Shown: positions 39,486 through 48,147, counted from the stretch's first letter. The stretch: 64,000 nucleotides of DNA from Chloroflexota bacterium (GCA_027317125.1 DAHVFG010000002.1:880-64879), one strand, 5' to 3'. Made by a program: numbers and translations. The notes: generated by a model from the letters alone, not told the origin.

Positions 39486-39715
39486 GTAGGTGTTCAGCGT
39501 AGGGGTGGAGGGCTAAGCCCTTGATGGGATTACAGGAGCCAAGCCCTTGTGCACTCCCCATGAGTAAAGCCCCCTCTCCCTTCATGGGAGATATACTCCC
39601 CAGCAATAAAGCCCCCTCTCCCTTCATGGGAGAGGGGCATGGGGTGAGGGCAGATGGCGCAACACCCGCACGGATATCCCAGGAAGATTGCTCCGCCCCA
39701 ACTCTGAACATTTAC
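39486..39715. mobile_element. MITE copy F (two-module form, inverted relative to copy A)
   Basis: TIRs gtaggtgttcagc / tctgaacatttac. Perfect 8-bp TSD TCTATAAA at 39478-39485 and 39716-39723. The internal segment is the reverse complement of copy A's inter-module segment. Confidence 0.85.
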
Positions 39716-39729
39716 TCTATAAATCGCTC

Positions 39730-39759
39730 TTGACAGGAGCTTGCTGCCCATGTTATATA
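39730..39759 (+). promoter_or_regulatory. Sigma-70-type promoter of the tetR-ABC operon
   Basis: TTGACA (39730-39735). The -10 is TGtTATATA (extended-10-like, 39751-39759; 18-bp spacer). The -35 starts 6 bp after the MITE F TSD. Confidence 0.65.
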
Positions 39760-39777
39760 ATTGATTGACCAATCAAT
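39760..39777. promoter_or_regulatory. 18-bp perfect palindrome, probable TetR operator
   Basis: ATTGATTG-AC-CAATCAAT lies immediately downstream of the -10 and 19 bp upstream of the tetR ATG. Confidence 0.65.
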
Positions 39778-39795
39778 CAACAAGAGGGTAGGTGA

Positions 39796-40440
39796 ATGTC
39801 GCCATCACGGGACGAGCAGGATTATGAGGGCAAGCGCCAGCAGATCATCGATGGTGCGCTGAGCGTCTTTGCCCGCAAAGGCTTCGAGAAGGCTACTAAC
39901 AGAGAGATCGCCGACGCGGCGCGGATCGGCTCGCCGGGGCTGATTTACCATTACTTCAACGACAAGGCCGACCTCTTTCGACAGGTGCTAGAGGAGCGCG
40001 CTCCTGCCTTGCAGTTGGTCATGCATGGCGATGAGATGATGGATTTGCCGCCGCGCCAGGTGCTCACCACGCTCGGTAACTCATTCCTGGCAACGCTCGG
40101 TGGACCTGTGCCGATAGCGATGTTCAAGATGATGCTGGGCGAGGCGGTGCGGCGTCCGGTAGTGGCCGAGATGTTCAACAAGATCGGGCCTGGGCGCGGC
40201 CTCAGCTTCCTGGCTCGTTACCTGGCTCACCAGATGGACCTCGGCGTGCTGCGCCGCACCGACCCCGGAGCCGCGGCTCGCTGCTTTATGGGCCCTCTGC
40301 TGCTGTTTCTGCTAACACAGCAGGTATTCGTGCAACCGGATGCCTCATCGCTGAGCGGTGAGACGATGGTTGTCACGGCCGTAGACATTTTTCTCTCCGG
40401 TATGCAGGTAAACGAGGAGGAGAGAGAAGAGAGCGTCTAA
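39796..40440 (+). CDS. TetR/AcrR family transcriptional regulator
   Basis: N-terminal HTH (GFEKATNREIADAARIGSPGLIYHYF). Confidence 0.9.
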   Translation: MSPSRDEQDYEGKRQQIIDGALSVFARKGFEKATNREIADAARIGSPGLIYHYFNDKADLFRQVLEERAPALQLVMHGDEMMDLPPRQVLTTLGNSFLATLGGPVPIAMFKMMLGEAVRRPVVAEMFNKIGPGRGLSFLARYLAHQMDLGVLRRTDPGAAARCFMGPLLLFLLTQQVFVQPDASSLSGETMVVTAVDIFLSGMQVNEEEREESV

Positions 40441-40482
40441 CTCTCTTTTTCGACTTTCGTTGACTGCTAATCAGTCAAAGCT

Positions 40483-41304
40483 ATGCTGATCAAGCTGATT
40501 AATGGAGGGCACGTGGAAAATATAGAGGCGAATGGCTCAGGCAAGATGGAAGTGGGCTGTGTTGTAGAGGCGAGTAATCTGGTCAAGACCTTCAGGGAGG
40601 TAAGAGCGGTGGATGGCCTTGACCTTTGCATCCCCGAAGGAGTGACATTCGGGTTGCTGGGGCCGAATGGCTCCGGGAAGACCACATTCATCAGGCTGAT
40701 TGCCGGGCTGGCGCTGCCCACGTCGGGTCAGCTAAGGGTGTTGGGTTGGCGGATGCCTGAGCAGGCGGTGCATGTGAGGCCAAAGATTGGCTATATGACG
40801 CAGCAGCAGGCCCTGTACAACGACCTGTCGGTTTGGGAGAATGTGCAGTTTTTTGCCCGCATATTTGGTCTAAACAACAAGGAACAAAGGGATGAGCAGG
40901 TGGCCGAAGTGCTGAGGCTGGTGGAGCTGCTTGATCGCAAAAACTCCCTCGTGGCTGTGCTGAGCGGCGGCATGAAGCAGCGCCTTTCACTTGCTTGCGC
41001 GCTGGTGCATCGTCCTGAGCTTCTCTTGCTCGACGAGCCGACGGTGGGAGTAGACCCGCAGCTGCGCCAGACCTTCTGGGGTTACTTCCGCACCCTCAAT
41101 GAGCGCGGGGTTACGATAGTTGTGTCGAGCCACGTTATGGACGAAGCTGAGCGTTGCGACCGCCTGGGCTTGGTACGCAACGGCAAGCTGCTGGCGCAAG
41201 GCACGCCCTCCGATCTCAGATGCATGGGCGGCAGCGACAACCTTGAAAATGCTTTTCTCTCTCTGGCAGGGAGGGTAGGTCAAGGGCAGGAGGCAGCAAG
41301 ATGA
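40483..41304 (+). CDS. ABC transporter ATP-binding protein
   Basis: Walker A GPNGSGKT, signature LSGGMKQRL, Walker B LLLLDEP. Start at 40483 or 40546. Confidence 0.9.
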   Translation: MLIKLINGGHVENIEANGSGKMEVGCVVEASNLVKTFREVRAVDGLDLCIPEGVTFGLLGPNGSGKTTFIRLIAGLALPTSGQLRVLGWRMPEQAVHVRPKIGYMTQQQALYNDLSVWENVQFFARIFGLNNKEQRDEQVAEVLRLVELLDRKNSLVAVLSGGMKQRLSLACALVHRPELLLLDEPTVGVDPQLRQTFWGYFRTLNERGVTIVVSSHVMDEAERCDRLGLVRNGKLLAQGTPSDLRCMGGSDNLENAFLSLAGRVGQGQEAAR

Positions 41305-42452
41305 GCATGGCGCGTATCTGGGCAATCACCGGGCGAATCATCGCGCAATTCAGACGGGATCACCGCTCGCTGGCGCTCCTCTTTGTCGCTCCGCTAGTGG
41401 TGATGGCGCTGCTGGGCTACGTCTTTCGGGCGCAGGAGGGTGGCACGACCAGCCTGGCGGTTGTCAACATGGACAATCCCCCCGCCGGGCAAACGAGCCT
41501 GGCCCGGCAGGTGATAAGCAGTCTCAAGTCGGACTCTGCGCTGGCGGTGAGTGAGATGGGGCGGGCGGAGGCCGAAAAAGAGGTAAGAGAAGGCACAGAG
41601 CGCGTGGCGCTCGTTTTCGGCACCGACTTCACTCAGCAGCTGCTCAAGGAGCGCAAGTCGAGGGTAGAGGTTGTGGTGGAGGGGTCGAATCCGGCGCAGG
41701 CCGGTGGCGCGCTGGCTGCGGTGGGGCAATCGCTACAGGCGAGCGCACCTACTTTGCTCAAAGCGCTTGCGCCGCCTGCGATCTCGGCTCTTGTGCCGCA
41801 GGGCAACCCGTTGCAGGTAGGGGTGACACGGCTCTACGGCAGCGCGGACCTCAAGATGCTCGACTTCTTCGCGCCGATGTTTATTGCCTACATAGCCTTC
41901 TTCCTGATATTCTTACTGACGAGCGTCTCCTTCCTGCGGGAGCGCACGCAAGGCACTATGGAGCGGTTGGCCGCGTCGCCTGTGACCCGGCTGGAGCTTG
42001 CACTGGGCTACATGCTCGGTTTCGGTTTCTTCGCGATGATACAGGCCACCGTGCTCCTCCTCTTTACTATTTACGCTTTACAGGTAAAATATAGCGGCAA
42101 CTTGGTTTCGATCTTTGTTGTGACGGCGGCGCTGGTGCTGGGGGCGGTGAACCTGGGGATATTTTTGTCGGCATTTGCACGCAACGAGCTGCAAGCTATA
42201 CAATTTATACCGTTGGTGATACTGCCGCAGGTGCTGTTATCGGGACTGCTCTGGCCTGTGCAGGATATGCCCACCTGGTTACAGGTAATAGCTCGCGTGA
42301 TGCCGCTTACCTATGCAATTGATGCGCTGACGGATATCATGATCAGAGGTAAAAGCCTGGCGGCTACTGCTCTGCCTCTGCTGGTGCTCTTCGGCTTTGC
42401 AGTGTTGCTAGCGGTGCTGGCTGCCGGCAGCGTCAGGCGTGAAGTGGCGTAA
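41301..42452 (+). CDS. ABC-2 type transporter permease
   Basis: 383 aa with an N-terminal TM, a large loop and six C-terminal TM segments. ATGA overlap with the ATPase gene. Confidence 0.85.
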   Translation: MSMARIWAITGRIIAQFRRDHRSLALLFVAPLVVMALLGYVFRAQEGGTTSLAVVNMDNPPAGQTSLARQVISSLKSDSALAVSEMGRAEAEKEVREGTERVALVFGTDFTQQLLKERKSRVEVVVEGSNPAQAGGALAAVGQSLQASAPTLLKALAPPAISALVPQGNPLQVGVTRLYGSADLKMLDFFAPMFIAYIAFFLIFLLTSVSFLRERTQGTMERLAASPVTRLELALGYMLGFGFFAMIQATVLLLFTIYALQVKYSGNLVSIFVVTAALVLGAVNLGIFLSAFARNELQAIQFIPLVILPQVLLSGLLWPVQDMPTWLQVIARVMPLTYAIDALTDIMIRGKSLAATALPLLVLFGFAVLLAVLAAGSVRREVA

Positions 42453-42560
42453 TTCCATCTGACCACTATAGAGATACGGAGGCTCAGTGACAGCTTCTCG
42501 ACCGGTTTATTGTGCAGATGCCGTTTGCTCCGATACCCCGGAGGGCTGGACCTTGCCCTT

Positions 42561-44150
42561 ATGAAAATTGACAAAGGACCCTGGCTCTTTGGATCGTTCT
42601 TCCTGGGCGGCTTCGAGTGCTCGACCCACCTTACTCTTGAGGGCCATCGCCTCGATATGATAGCCGCTACGCAGCACGACCTGCTCGCGCAGGAAGACTA
42701 CCGCCTCTGTCGTGCCGCCGGTATCAACGCAATCCGCGAGTCGGCCCGGTGGCCCATTGCAGACCGGCGTGGCGCGCTACATCTCGGAAGTGTGCGTAAG
42801 CTCGCGAGGCTGGGCAGAGAGGAGGGCATGATACAAATCTGGGACCTGATGCACTACGGTTACCCGGACGACCTGGACCCCTTCTCAACTGAGTTCGTTA
42901 CGCGCTTTGCGGCGTTTGCGAGAGCGGTTGCAACGATCGTGCGCGAGGAGAGCGAAGGCCAAAGCTGGTATACGCCCATCAATGAAATATCGTACACGGC
43001 CTGGGCAGCAGGCGAGGTCGGATATATGGCTCCTTTCGCGCATAGTCGTGGAGGTGACTATAAGCGCGTGCTGGTGAAAGCCGCAATCGCGGCCACAAAT
43101 GCTATTTGGGAGGTAGACCCCGCCGCCTGTATACTCACAGTGGACCCACTTGTGCATCTACACGCGCCGGTGGGGAGGCCCGACTTGAAGCCCCAGGCTG
43201 ACTTTTTCAATCGTTATGTAGTAACAGAAGCGTTTGACCTTCTTGCGGGGCGCATTGAGCCGGAACTGGGAGGGAGCAAGGCCCACCTCGGCGTCGTAGG
43301 TTTCAACTACTACGCAGGTAACCAGTGGACTATCCCTACACCTGAGCTACCGCAGCGTTTCCTGGATTGGGCTGACCCTCAGTGGGTGCCACTTAGCCGG
43401 ATGCTGGTTGAGCTTGGGGCGCGCTACGAGGCGCCGCTCATAATCGCTGAGACAGGCTCCTCCGCTGATGAACGAGCGCTCTGGCTGGCTCACCTGACGG
43501 GCGAAGTGCAGCAGGCGCTGGCGGAAGGTGTGAATCTACAGGGCATCTGTCTCTATCCCGTCATAAGCTCCCCTGATTGGGAGGACCCGACGGCTTTCTT
43601 CGATGGGGGCGTCTTTGACGTAGCGCCGCAGCCCGGCGGCAAGCTAACACGCGTGCTTTCTCCTGTTGTTGCGGGCGCTCTCCACTCGGCTCAGGACATC
43701 CTCGATCCAGGCCACACTATAGATGGAGCGCTTCTACGCATTGAGGGGCAGGAAGCAGCAGTTACGACCTATGGTTTCGTGAAGCCTCTCGAAAGCGTGC
43801 GCTTCAAACCCGACAACTTTTCCTACCGAACCCTCGCCGCGGGCAACGATTTGATTGTTGAGGTATATGGTTTCGAGCCGGGAGGCTCACTCCCGTCTCA
43901 TCGCCACAACCAGACGGAGCACGTCTTGACTTTTCTGTCAGGCAGGGGCGCTGTGTGCATCGGCGACCGGTGCATCAAGGTGCAGGAGGGAGAGAGCATA
44001 GTGATCCCCGCAGGGCTGTACCACAGCATAATCAACTACACCACGCAGCGCCTGGTTGTCCAGCAGGTGAGCGCGCCCAGGCCCTGGGACGCTCGCTTCG
44101 ACGGCCCCCACCCCGCCAACCTTGAGGCGGCAGGCTCCCAGGGCGGCTGA
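42561..44150 (+). CDS. GH1-like TIM-barrel protein fused to a C-terminal cupin domain
   Basis: N-terminus FLGGFECSTH and IIAETGS resemble GH1-like proteins. C-terminal HRHNQTEHVLTFLSG..GESIVIPAGLYH is cupin-like. The ORF is open from 42510. Confidence 0.5.
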   Translation: MKIDKGPWLFGSFFLGGFECSTHLTLEGHRLDMIAATQHDLLAQEDYRLCRAAGINAIRESARWPIADRRGALHLGSVRKLARLGREEGMIQIWDLMHYGYPDDLDPFSTEFVTRFAAFARAVATIVREESEGQSWYTPINEISYTAWAAGEVGYMAPFAHSRGGDYKRVLVKAAIAATNAIWEVDPAACILTVDPLVHLHAPVGRPDLKPQADFFNRYVVTEAFDLLAGRIEPELGGSKAHLGVVGFNYYAGNQWTIPTPELPQRFLDWADPQWVPLSRMLVELGARYEAPLIIAETGSSADERALWLAHLTGEVQQALAEGVNLQGICLYPVISSPDWEDPTAFFDGGVFDVAPQPGGKLTRVLSPVVAGALHSAQDILDPGHTIDGALLRIEGQEAAVTTYGFVKPLESVRFKPDNFSYRTLAAGNDLIVEVYGFEPGGSLPSHRHNQTEHVLTFLSGRGAVCIGDRCIKVQEGESIVIPAGLYHSIINYTTQRLVVQQVSAPRPWDARFDGPHPANLEAAGSQGG

Positions 44151-44187
44151 GGCGATTTGCTCAGGGGTGGCGACTGAGCAAATCGCC
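44151..44187 (+). terminator. 14-bp-stem hairpin immediately after the stop codon
   Basis: ggcgatttgctcag / ctgagcaaatcgcc with a 9-nt loop and a weak U-tract. Confidence 0.5.
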
Positions 44188-44350
44188 CTCCTCGTTATAT
44201 ACGCGGGTCCTGGATGAGAAGCAGTATAAGGTGGGGTGCCGCTCTGGTACCATCTACCTATTCCGCTTTACACATTAGAACGCTACAATGAAACAGCTAA
44301 AGGTGCGGGCTGATCACTCTTCGGAGTGATCGGTCCGCGCTGTCTCTCTC

Positions 44351-44440
44351 CACAGGAAAAAGGCAAACTCGTCGAAAGGCGAGGACGCAAAGCCATTGGA
44401 TCTAAGGCTCATTAGAGCTATGACAGCCAGGTTGCCCGGC
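44351..44440 (+). promoter_or_regulatory. c-di-GMP-I (GEMM-I) riboswitch aptamer
   Basis: CACAGG..AAAGGCAAAC, then CUCGUC-GAAA-GGCGAG hairpin (44368-44383), GACGCAAAGCC (44384-44394), tetraloop-receptor-like UCUAAG..CUAUGA around the GGCUC/GAGCU hairpin, and AGCCAGGUUGCC (44425-44436). This is collinear with the V. cholerae Vc2 aptamer as I recall it. Confidence 0.8.
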
Positions 44441-44520
44441 AATGACATATTTGCCACTGCGCTATTACAACGTTGACAGTGTGGCTTTATCGTCGCCCAA
44501 AATTGCCTGCAACGGCTGTC

Positions 44521-44537
44521 GTTCCTCAAGGAGGAAC
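44521..44537 (+). promoter_or_regulatory. SD-sequestering hairpin at the SLH gene start
   Basis: GUUCCUC-AAG-GAGGAAC. The right arm is the SD (AAGGAGG), 1 nt before UAUG (ATG 44539). Confidence 0.6.
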
Positions 44538-44538
44538 T

Positions 44539-46509
44539 ATGTACGTTTGCAGCAGTAGCAGTCACCCACAAAGCGAGCGGCTGACATGCGCCCCTCCCCA
44601 CTGCGAAAGCAGTGAGCCTTCTTGTCCACAGTTCCCCTGGGCGCAGCCGAAAAGCCGCGCGGTCCGGTTAGTCCTCCTTGCTATTCCTGTGCTGGCGTTC
44701 TACTTTGGCGGTTTATACACTCCCGCCGGAGCAGCTGCAGCGTCTGAACCGCCGTGCGGGCGCACCCAGTTTGTTGATGTTTGCACCGGCGACTGGTTTT
44801 ATCCGCCAGTCAGCGACCTGACCGCGATTGGCGCGATCTCCGGCTACGCCGACGGAACTTTTCAGCCGAACAATAACGTAACACGCGCCCAGCTCGCAAA
44901 AATTGTAGTGCTCTCCACAGAATTAGATGGGCCGCTCCCCTCTACCAACACCTTTGCTGATGTGCCTGCAACCAACGTCTTCTTCCCCTGGGTCGAAGTT
45001 GGGGCCGCGAACGGGCTGGTATCGGGCTATAGCTGCGGAGGGCCGGGAGAGCCTTGTGACGACTTGCGGCGGCCCTATTTTCGGCCCACCGCCATCGCGA
45101 ATCGAGGGCAGGTTGCCAAAATGGTCATGCTCGCCGGCGGCTCAGACCCCTACTTTCCAGATGTTCCTCTCTTCGCCGATGTGCCAGCCGACAACCCCTA
45201 CTATGGTTATGTGAACAGTGTGAGCCGTGACGGTATAATCAGTGGCTACTCTTGTGGAGGACCGGGAGAGCCTTGCGACGCCCAGAACACCCCATACTTC
45301 AGGCTTTACAATACAACGACAAGAGCTCAGGCTTCTAAGATGATCGATCGTGTGCGAGGCCATCGCGCCACCCCTTCCCCTACGGCCACACGCTCCACAA
45401 CCACTACGACCCGCACCCGCACCCCTGGCGCGACGTCTACGTACGTGCCAACACAGACGCCTCAGGCGAGCACTACCCGTACGCCTTCGCGAACTCCCAG
45501 CCGAACGCCAACTACTGCCGCGTGGACAGCTACTCGCACCGCGACTCCCTCAGGCGGCACGCCTACAGCATCATCTACTATACCCCCTGGCGGTTCGGGG
45601 ATAACAGCCAATGACCCTATACCCTGCCCACTCTATCCCGCGGATAACATCTGGAACAAACGAATTGATGCGCTCCCCACTCAGATTATGTCGGATGCAT
45701 ACGTAGCCACGATAGGCACGAATGGAACGCTGCACTCGGGTTTCGCGATGGGGATGTGGCAGGGCTTCTCTATTGGCAACCCTTACAACGCGGTAGCTAC
45801 GGCCCAACCGATGGCGGTGATCACTTTTACCGACTACCCTAGCCAGAGTGACCCAGGGCCCTATCCTTTCCCCGATGGTGCGCTCATCGGCGGGGCCACA
45901 TGGCTCACGCCCGTGCCGACCAGCGGTGACAGACATGTGTCCATCGTGAGAGGAGGGGACTGCACTCTCTTCGAGACGTGGCATTCAAGTCCTGTGGGCC
46001 CCGGTGAGTGGACAGCGGCCAACGGCGCTATCTTCAACCTTAACTCCAACGCCCTCAGGCCCGATGGCTGGACCTCTGCGGACGCCGCGGGCTTCGCGAT
46101 ACTACCCGCGCTTATCAAGTACGATGAAGTAGAGGCGGGGCTGATCACGCACGCCGTGCGGGTTACAGCGCCAATGAACACGATTCGCAGCAGCCACGTG
46201 TGGCCCGCACGGCACTCCGACGGCACCAACAGCAGCTCGAGCGCACCCCCCATGGGTACACGCTTCAGGCTGAAGGCTAACGTTGACATATCCAGCTTCA
46301 CACCCCGCCTTCAAGTGATCTTGCAGGGGCTAAAGAGCTACGGAATGTTCCTGGCCGACTCGGGTGACGCATGGCAGATAGATGGCACGCCCGACCAGCG
46401 TTGGGATGACAGCGAGCTGTACGACCTCAACCGCTTGCCTGGCTCCGATTTCGAGGCGGTAGATGAGTCGGGCCTTATGATAGACCCCAACTCCGGCCAG
46501 AGCCGCTAA
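44539..46509 (+). CDS. SLH-domain cell-surface protein with Thr/Pro-rich linker and uncharacterised C-terminal domain
   Basis: Three SLH repeats (F.DV...GYADGTFQPNNNVTRAQLAKIVV etc.) and linker TRSTTTTTRTRTPG...TPSRTPSRTP. Start at 44539 with a strong AAGGAGG; the ORF is open from 44473. Confidence 0.8.
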   Translation: MYVCSSSSHPQSERLTCAPPHCESSEPSCPQFPWAQPKSRAVRLVLLAIPVLAFYFGGLYTPAGAAAASEPPCGRTQFVDVCTGDWFYPPVSDLTAIGAISGYADGTFQPNNNVTRAQLAKIVVLSTELDGPLPSTNTFADVPATNVFFPWVEVGAANGLVSGYSCGGPGEPCDDLRRPYFRPTAIANRGQVAKMVMLAGGSDPYFPDVPLFADVPADNPYYGYVNSVSRDGIISGYSCGGPGEPCDAQNTPYFRLYNTTTRAQASKMIDRVRGHRATPSPTATRSTTTTTRTRTPGATSTYVPTQTPQASTTRTPSRTPSRTPTTAAWTATRTATPSGGTPTASSTIPPGGSGITANDPIPCPLYPADNIWNKRIDALPTQIMSDAYVATIGTNGTLHSGFAMGMWQGFSIGNPYNAVATAQPMAVITFTDYPSQSDPGPYPFPDGALIGGATWLTPVPTSGDRHVSIVRGGDCTLFETWHSSPVGPGEWTAANGAIFNLNSNALRPDGWTSADAAGFAILPALIKYDEVEAGLITHAVRVTAPMNTIRSSHVWPARHSDGTNSSSSAPPMGTRFRLKANVDISSFTPRLQVILQGLKSYGMFLADSGDAWQIDGTPDQRWDDSELYDLNRLPGSDFEAVDESGLMIDPNSGQSR

Positions 46510-46565
46510 GTATACCTCAGAAGGGAATTGTAGAAGTGGAGAGGCACCGAGCAACCAATAAGCGC

Positions 46566-46598
46566 AAGCCCGCCTGTAGTTCAACTACAGGCGGGCTT
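46566..46598. terminator. Bidirectional intrinsic terminator between convergent genes
   Basis: aagcccgcctgtagt / actacaggcgggctt is a perfect 15-bp stem, followed by tttat. Confidence 0.75.
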
Positions 46599-46631
46599 TT
46601 ATGCGGCCCAGAGTACTAAGGTGCGAGAATA

Positions 46632-47249
46632 TTAGGCTGTGGCGCTGACGTTGGTTTCGGCCTCAGCTTCTTTCTCCGCCTGCTCTGTGCTCTTCACGGC
46701 CTCGATGTTCAGGTCAAGCTTGACCTTATCGCCGACCAGCACGCCGCCTGTCTCCAGGGCCACGTTCCAGTTGAGATCAAAGTCCTTGCGGTTGACAGTG
46801 GTTGTGGCGGAGAAGCCTATGGCCTCCGCGCCGTAGGGAGTTACACCGCGCCCCTCGTAGGTGGTGTTGAGGGTAACTTCTTTGGTTATGCCACGTATCG
46901 TGAGGTCACCGACGATGTTGTACTCGTCACCTCCCTTAGGCTCGATGCGTTTGCTCTTGAAGGTGATAGTCGGGTACTGCTCTACCAGAAAGAAGTCGCC
47001 TGAGCGCATGTGCGTGTCACGCTGCTCAGCGCCTGTGGTGATGGTTGCTACCTGGATCGTGGCCTCGACTGAGGAGTTCGCGATCTTCTCCTCGTCGAAT
47101 CGAATAGTGCCTTCTACATCAGGGAACCGGCCCCGCACGTTGGCGATCATCATGTGCTTGGCGACGAACTCCACTGTGCTGTGAGCGGCGTCTATCTTCC
47201 ATGTGCTTGTCTTGATATTTGTCGGGGTTTGTACGATTGTGTTAGCCAT
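46632..47249 (-). CDS. YceI family protein
   Basis: WKIDAAHSTVEFVAKHMMIANVRGRF N-terminal signature. AGGAGG RBS. Confidence 0.85.
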   Translation of the reverse strand: MANTIVQTPTNIKTSTWKIDAAHSTVEFVAKHMMIANVRGRFPDVEGTIRFDEEKIANSSVEATIQVATITTGAEQRDTHMRSGDFFLVEQYPTITFKSKRIEPKGGDEYNIVGDLTIRGITKEVTLNTTYEGRGVTPYGAEAIGFSATTTVNRKDFDLNWNVALETGGVLVGDKVKLDLNIEAVKSTEQAEKEAEAETNVSATA

Positions 47250-47317
47250 TTATCGCCTCCTACTTATTGTTTAACTATCTACTATTTATACGTCAACTAT
47301 GGGGCCAAAAAGAACAT

Positions 47318-47806
47318 CTAGTGCTGTCTGATGGAATTGTCCAGCGTCTGGAGTATCTCGCGTAATGCAGCCAGTTGTTGGGGTGTCAGCCCCGACATGT
47401 GCTCGCGAACGAACTCGCTATAAGCAGGTACAGCTTCCTTCGCCAGTCTTTCGCCCTCTGCCGTCAGATGAAGCAAGTTAGGGCGGCGGTCTTCGGGATC
47501 GCTACGCCTCTCCACAAGACCATGAGCCGACATTCTGTCAATAAGCCCACACACGTTGCCTTTTGTAACAAGCAACTTCTGGGCCAGAGCCTGCTGGGTT
47601 ATACCTTGCTCCTGGCTGAGCAGAGCCAGCACGTCATACTGGGCGAGCGTCAGGTCGTAATTATCGAGGTGGTCCATCAGGTGACGTTGCATCTTATCGT
47701 AGACGCGCACCAGATATAACCACGCAGACATTGACGAACCACACGCCTCACCTAGCTGCTGAGGCGGCGCTTCCGTTGTGATCTCTGTCTCCATAAAATT
47801 GCTCAT
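47318..47806 (-). CDS. MarR family transcriptional regulator
   Basis: Winged HTH (LTLAQYDVLALL...GITQQALAQKLLVTKGNVCGLIDRM...GLVERR.DPEDRR). Confidence 0.9.
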   Translation of the reverse strand: MSNFMETEITTEAPPQQLGEACGSSMSAWLYLVRVYDKMQRHLMDHLDNYDLTLAQYDVLALLSQEQGITQQALAQKLLVTKGNVCGLIDRMSAHGLVERRSDPEDRRPNLLHLTAEGERLAKEAVPAYSEFVREHMSGLTPQQLAALREILQTLDNSIRQH

Positions 47807-47820
47807 TCACTTATAGTATA

Positions 47821-47849
47821 TATATAAACTATTTTGCGCGATTTGTCAA
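47821..47849 (-). promoter_or_regulatory. Sigma-70-type promoter of the marR-yceI operon (very short leader)
   Basis: On the minus strand: TTGACA (47849-47844), 17-bp spacer, TATATA (47826-47821). marR ATG at 47806. The -35 lies 6 bp from the MITE G TSD. Confidence 0.65.
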
Positions 47850-47863
47850 GCCCCCGCTAAGCT

Positions 47864-48062
47864 GTAACTGTTCAGAGTAGGGGTAGAGGCAATCTGCAAG
47901 GAGTAGCTGTGGAGGCGTACCCTCACCTAGCCTCACCCTCCCTCACCCCCAAACCCCCTCTCCCATGAAGGGAGAGGGGGCTTTCTCCCTCACCCCATGC
48001 CCCTCTCCCATGAAGGGAGAGGGGGCTAGGCTGGCCCATCCACCCTTAGTCTGAACGCTTAC
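47864..48062. mobile_element. MITE copy G (two-module form)
   Basis: TIRs gtaactgttcaga / tctgaacgcttac. Perfect 8-bp TSD GCTAAGCT at 47856-47863 and 48063-48070. Confidence 0.85.
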
Positions 48063-48147
48063 GCTAAGCTCAGCTCGCATGTTGGATTTTTGCCGCAGCT
48101 TGTTGCCCGCTTACCTTCGGCCAAACGAAAAGAAGGGCTCGGTTGGC

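Noticed and set aside
44314-44601. 95-aa minus-strand ORF overlapping the SLH gene leader.
   Set aside because: It overlaps the GEMM-I aptamer and the SD hairpin on the opposite strand. It is Cys/Arg-rich, has no RBS, and is better explained as non-coding.
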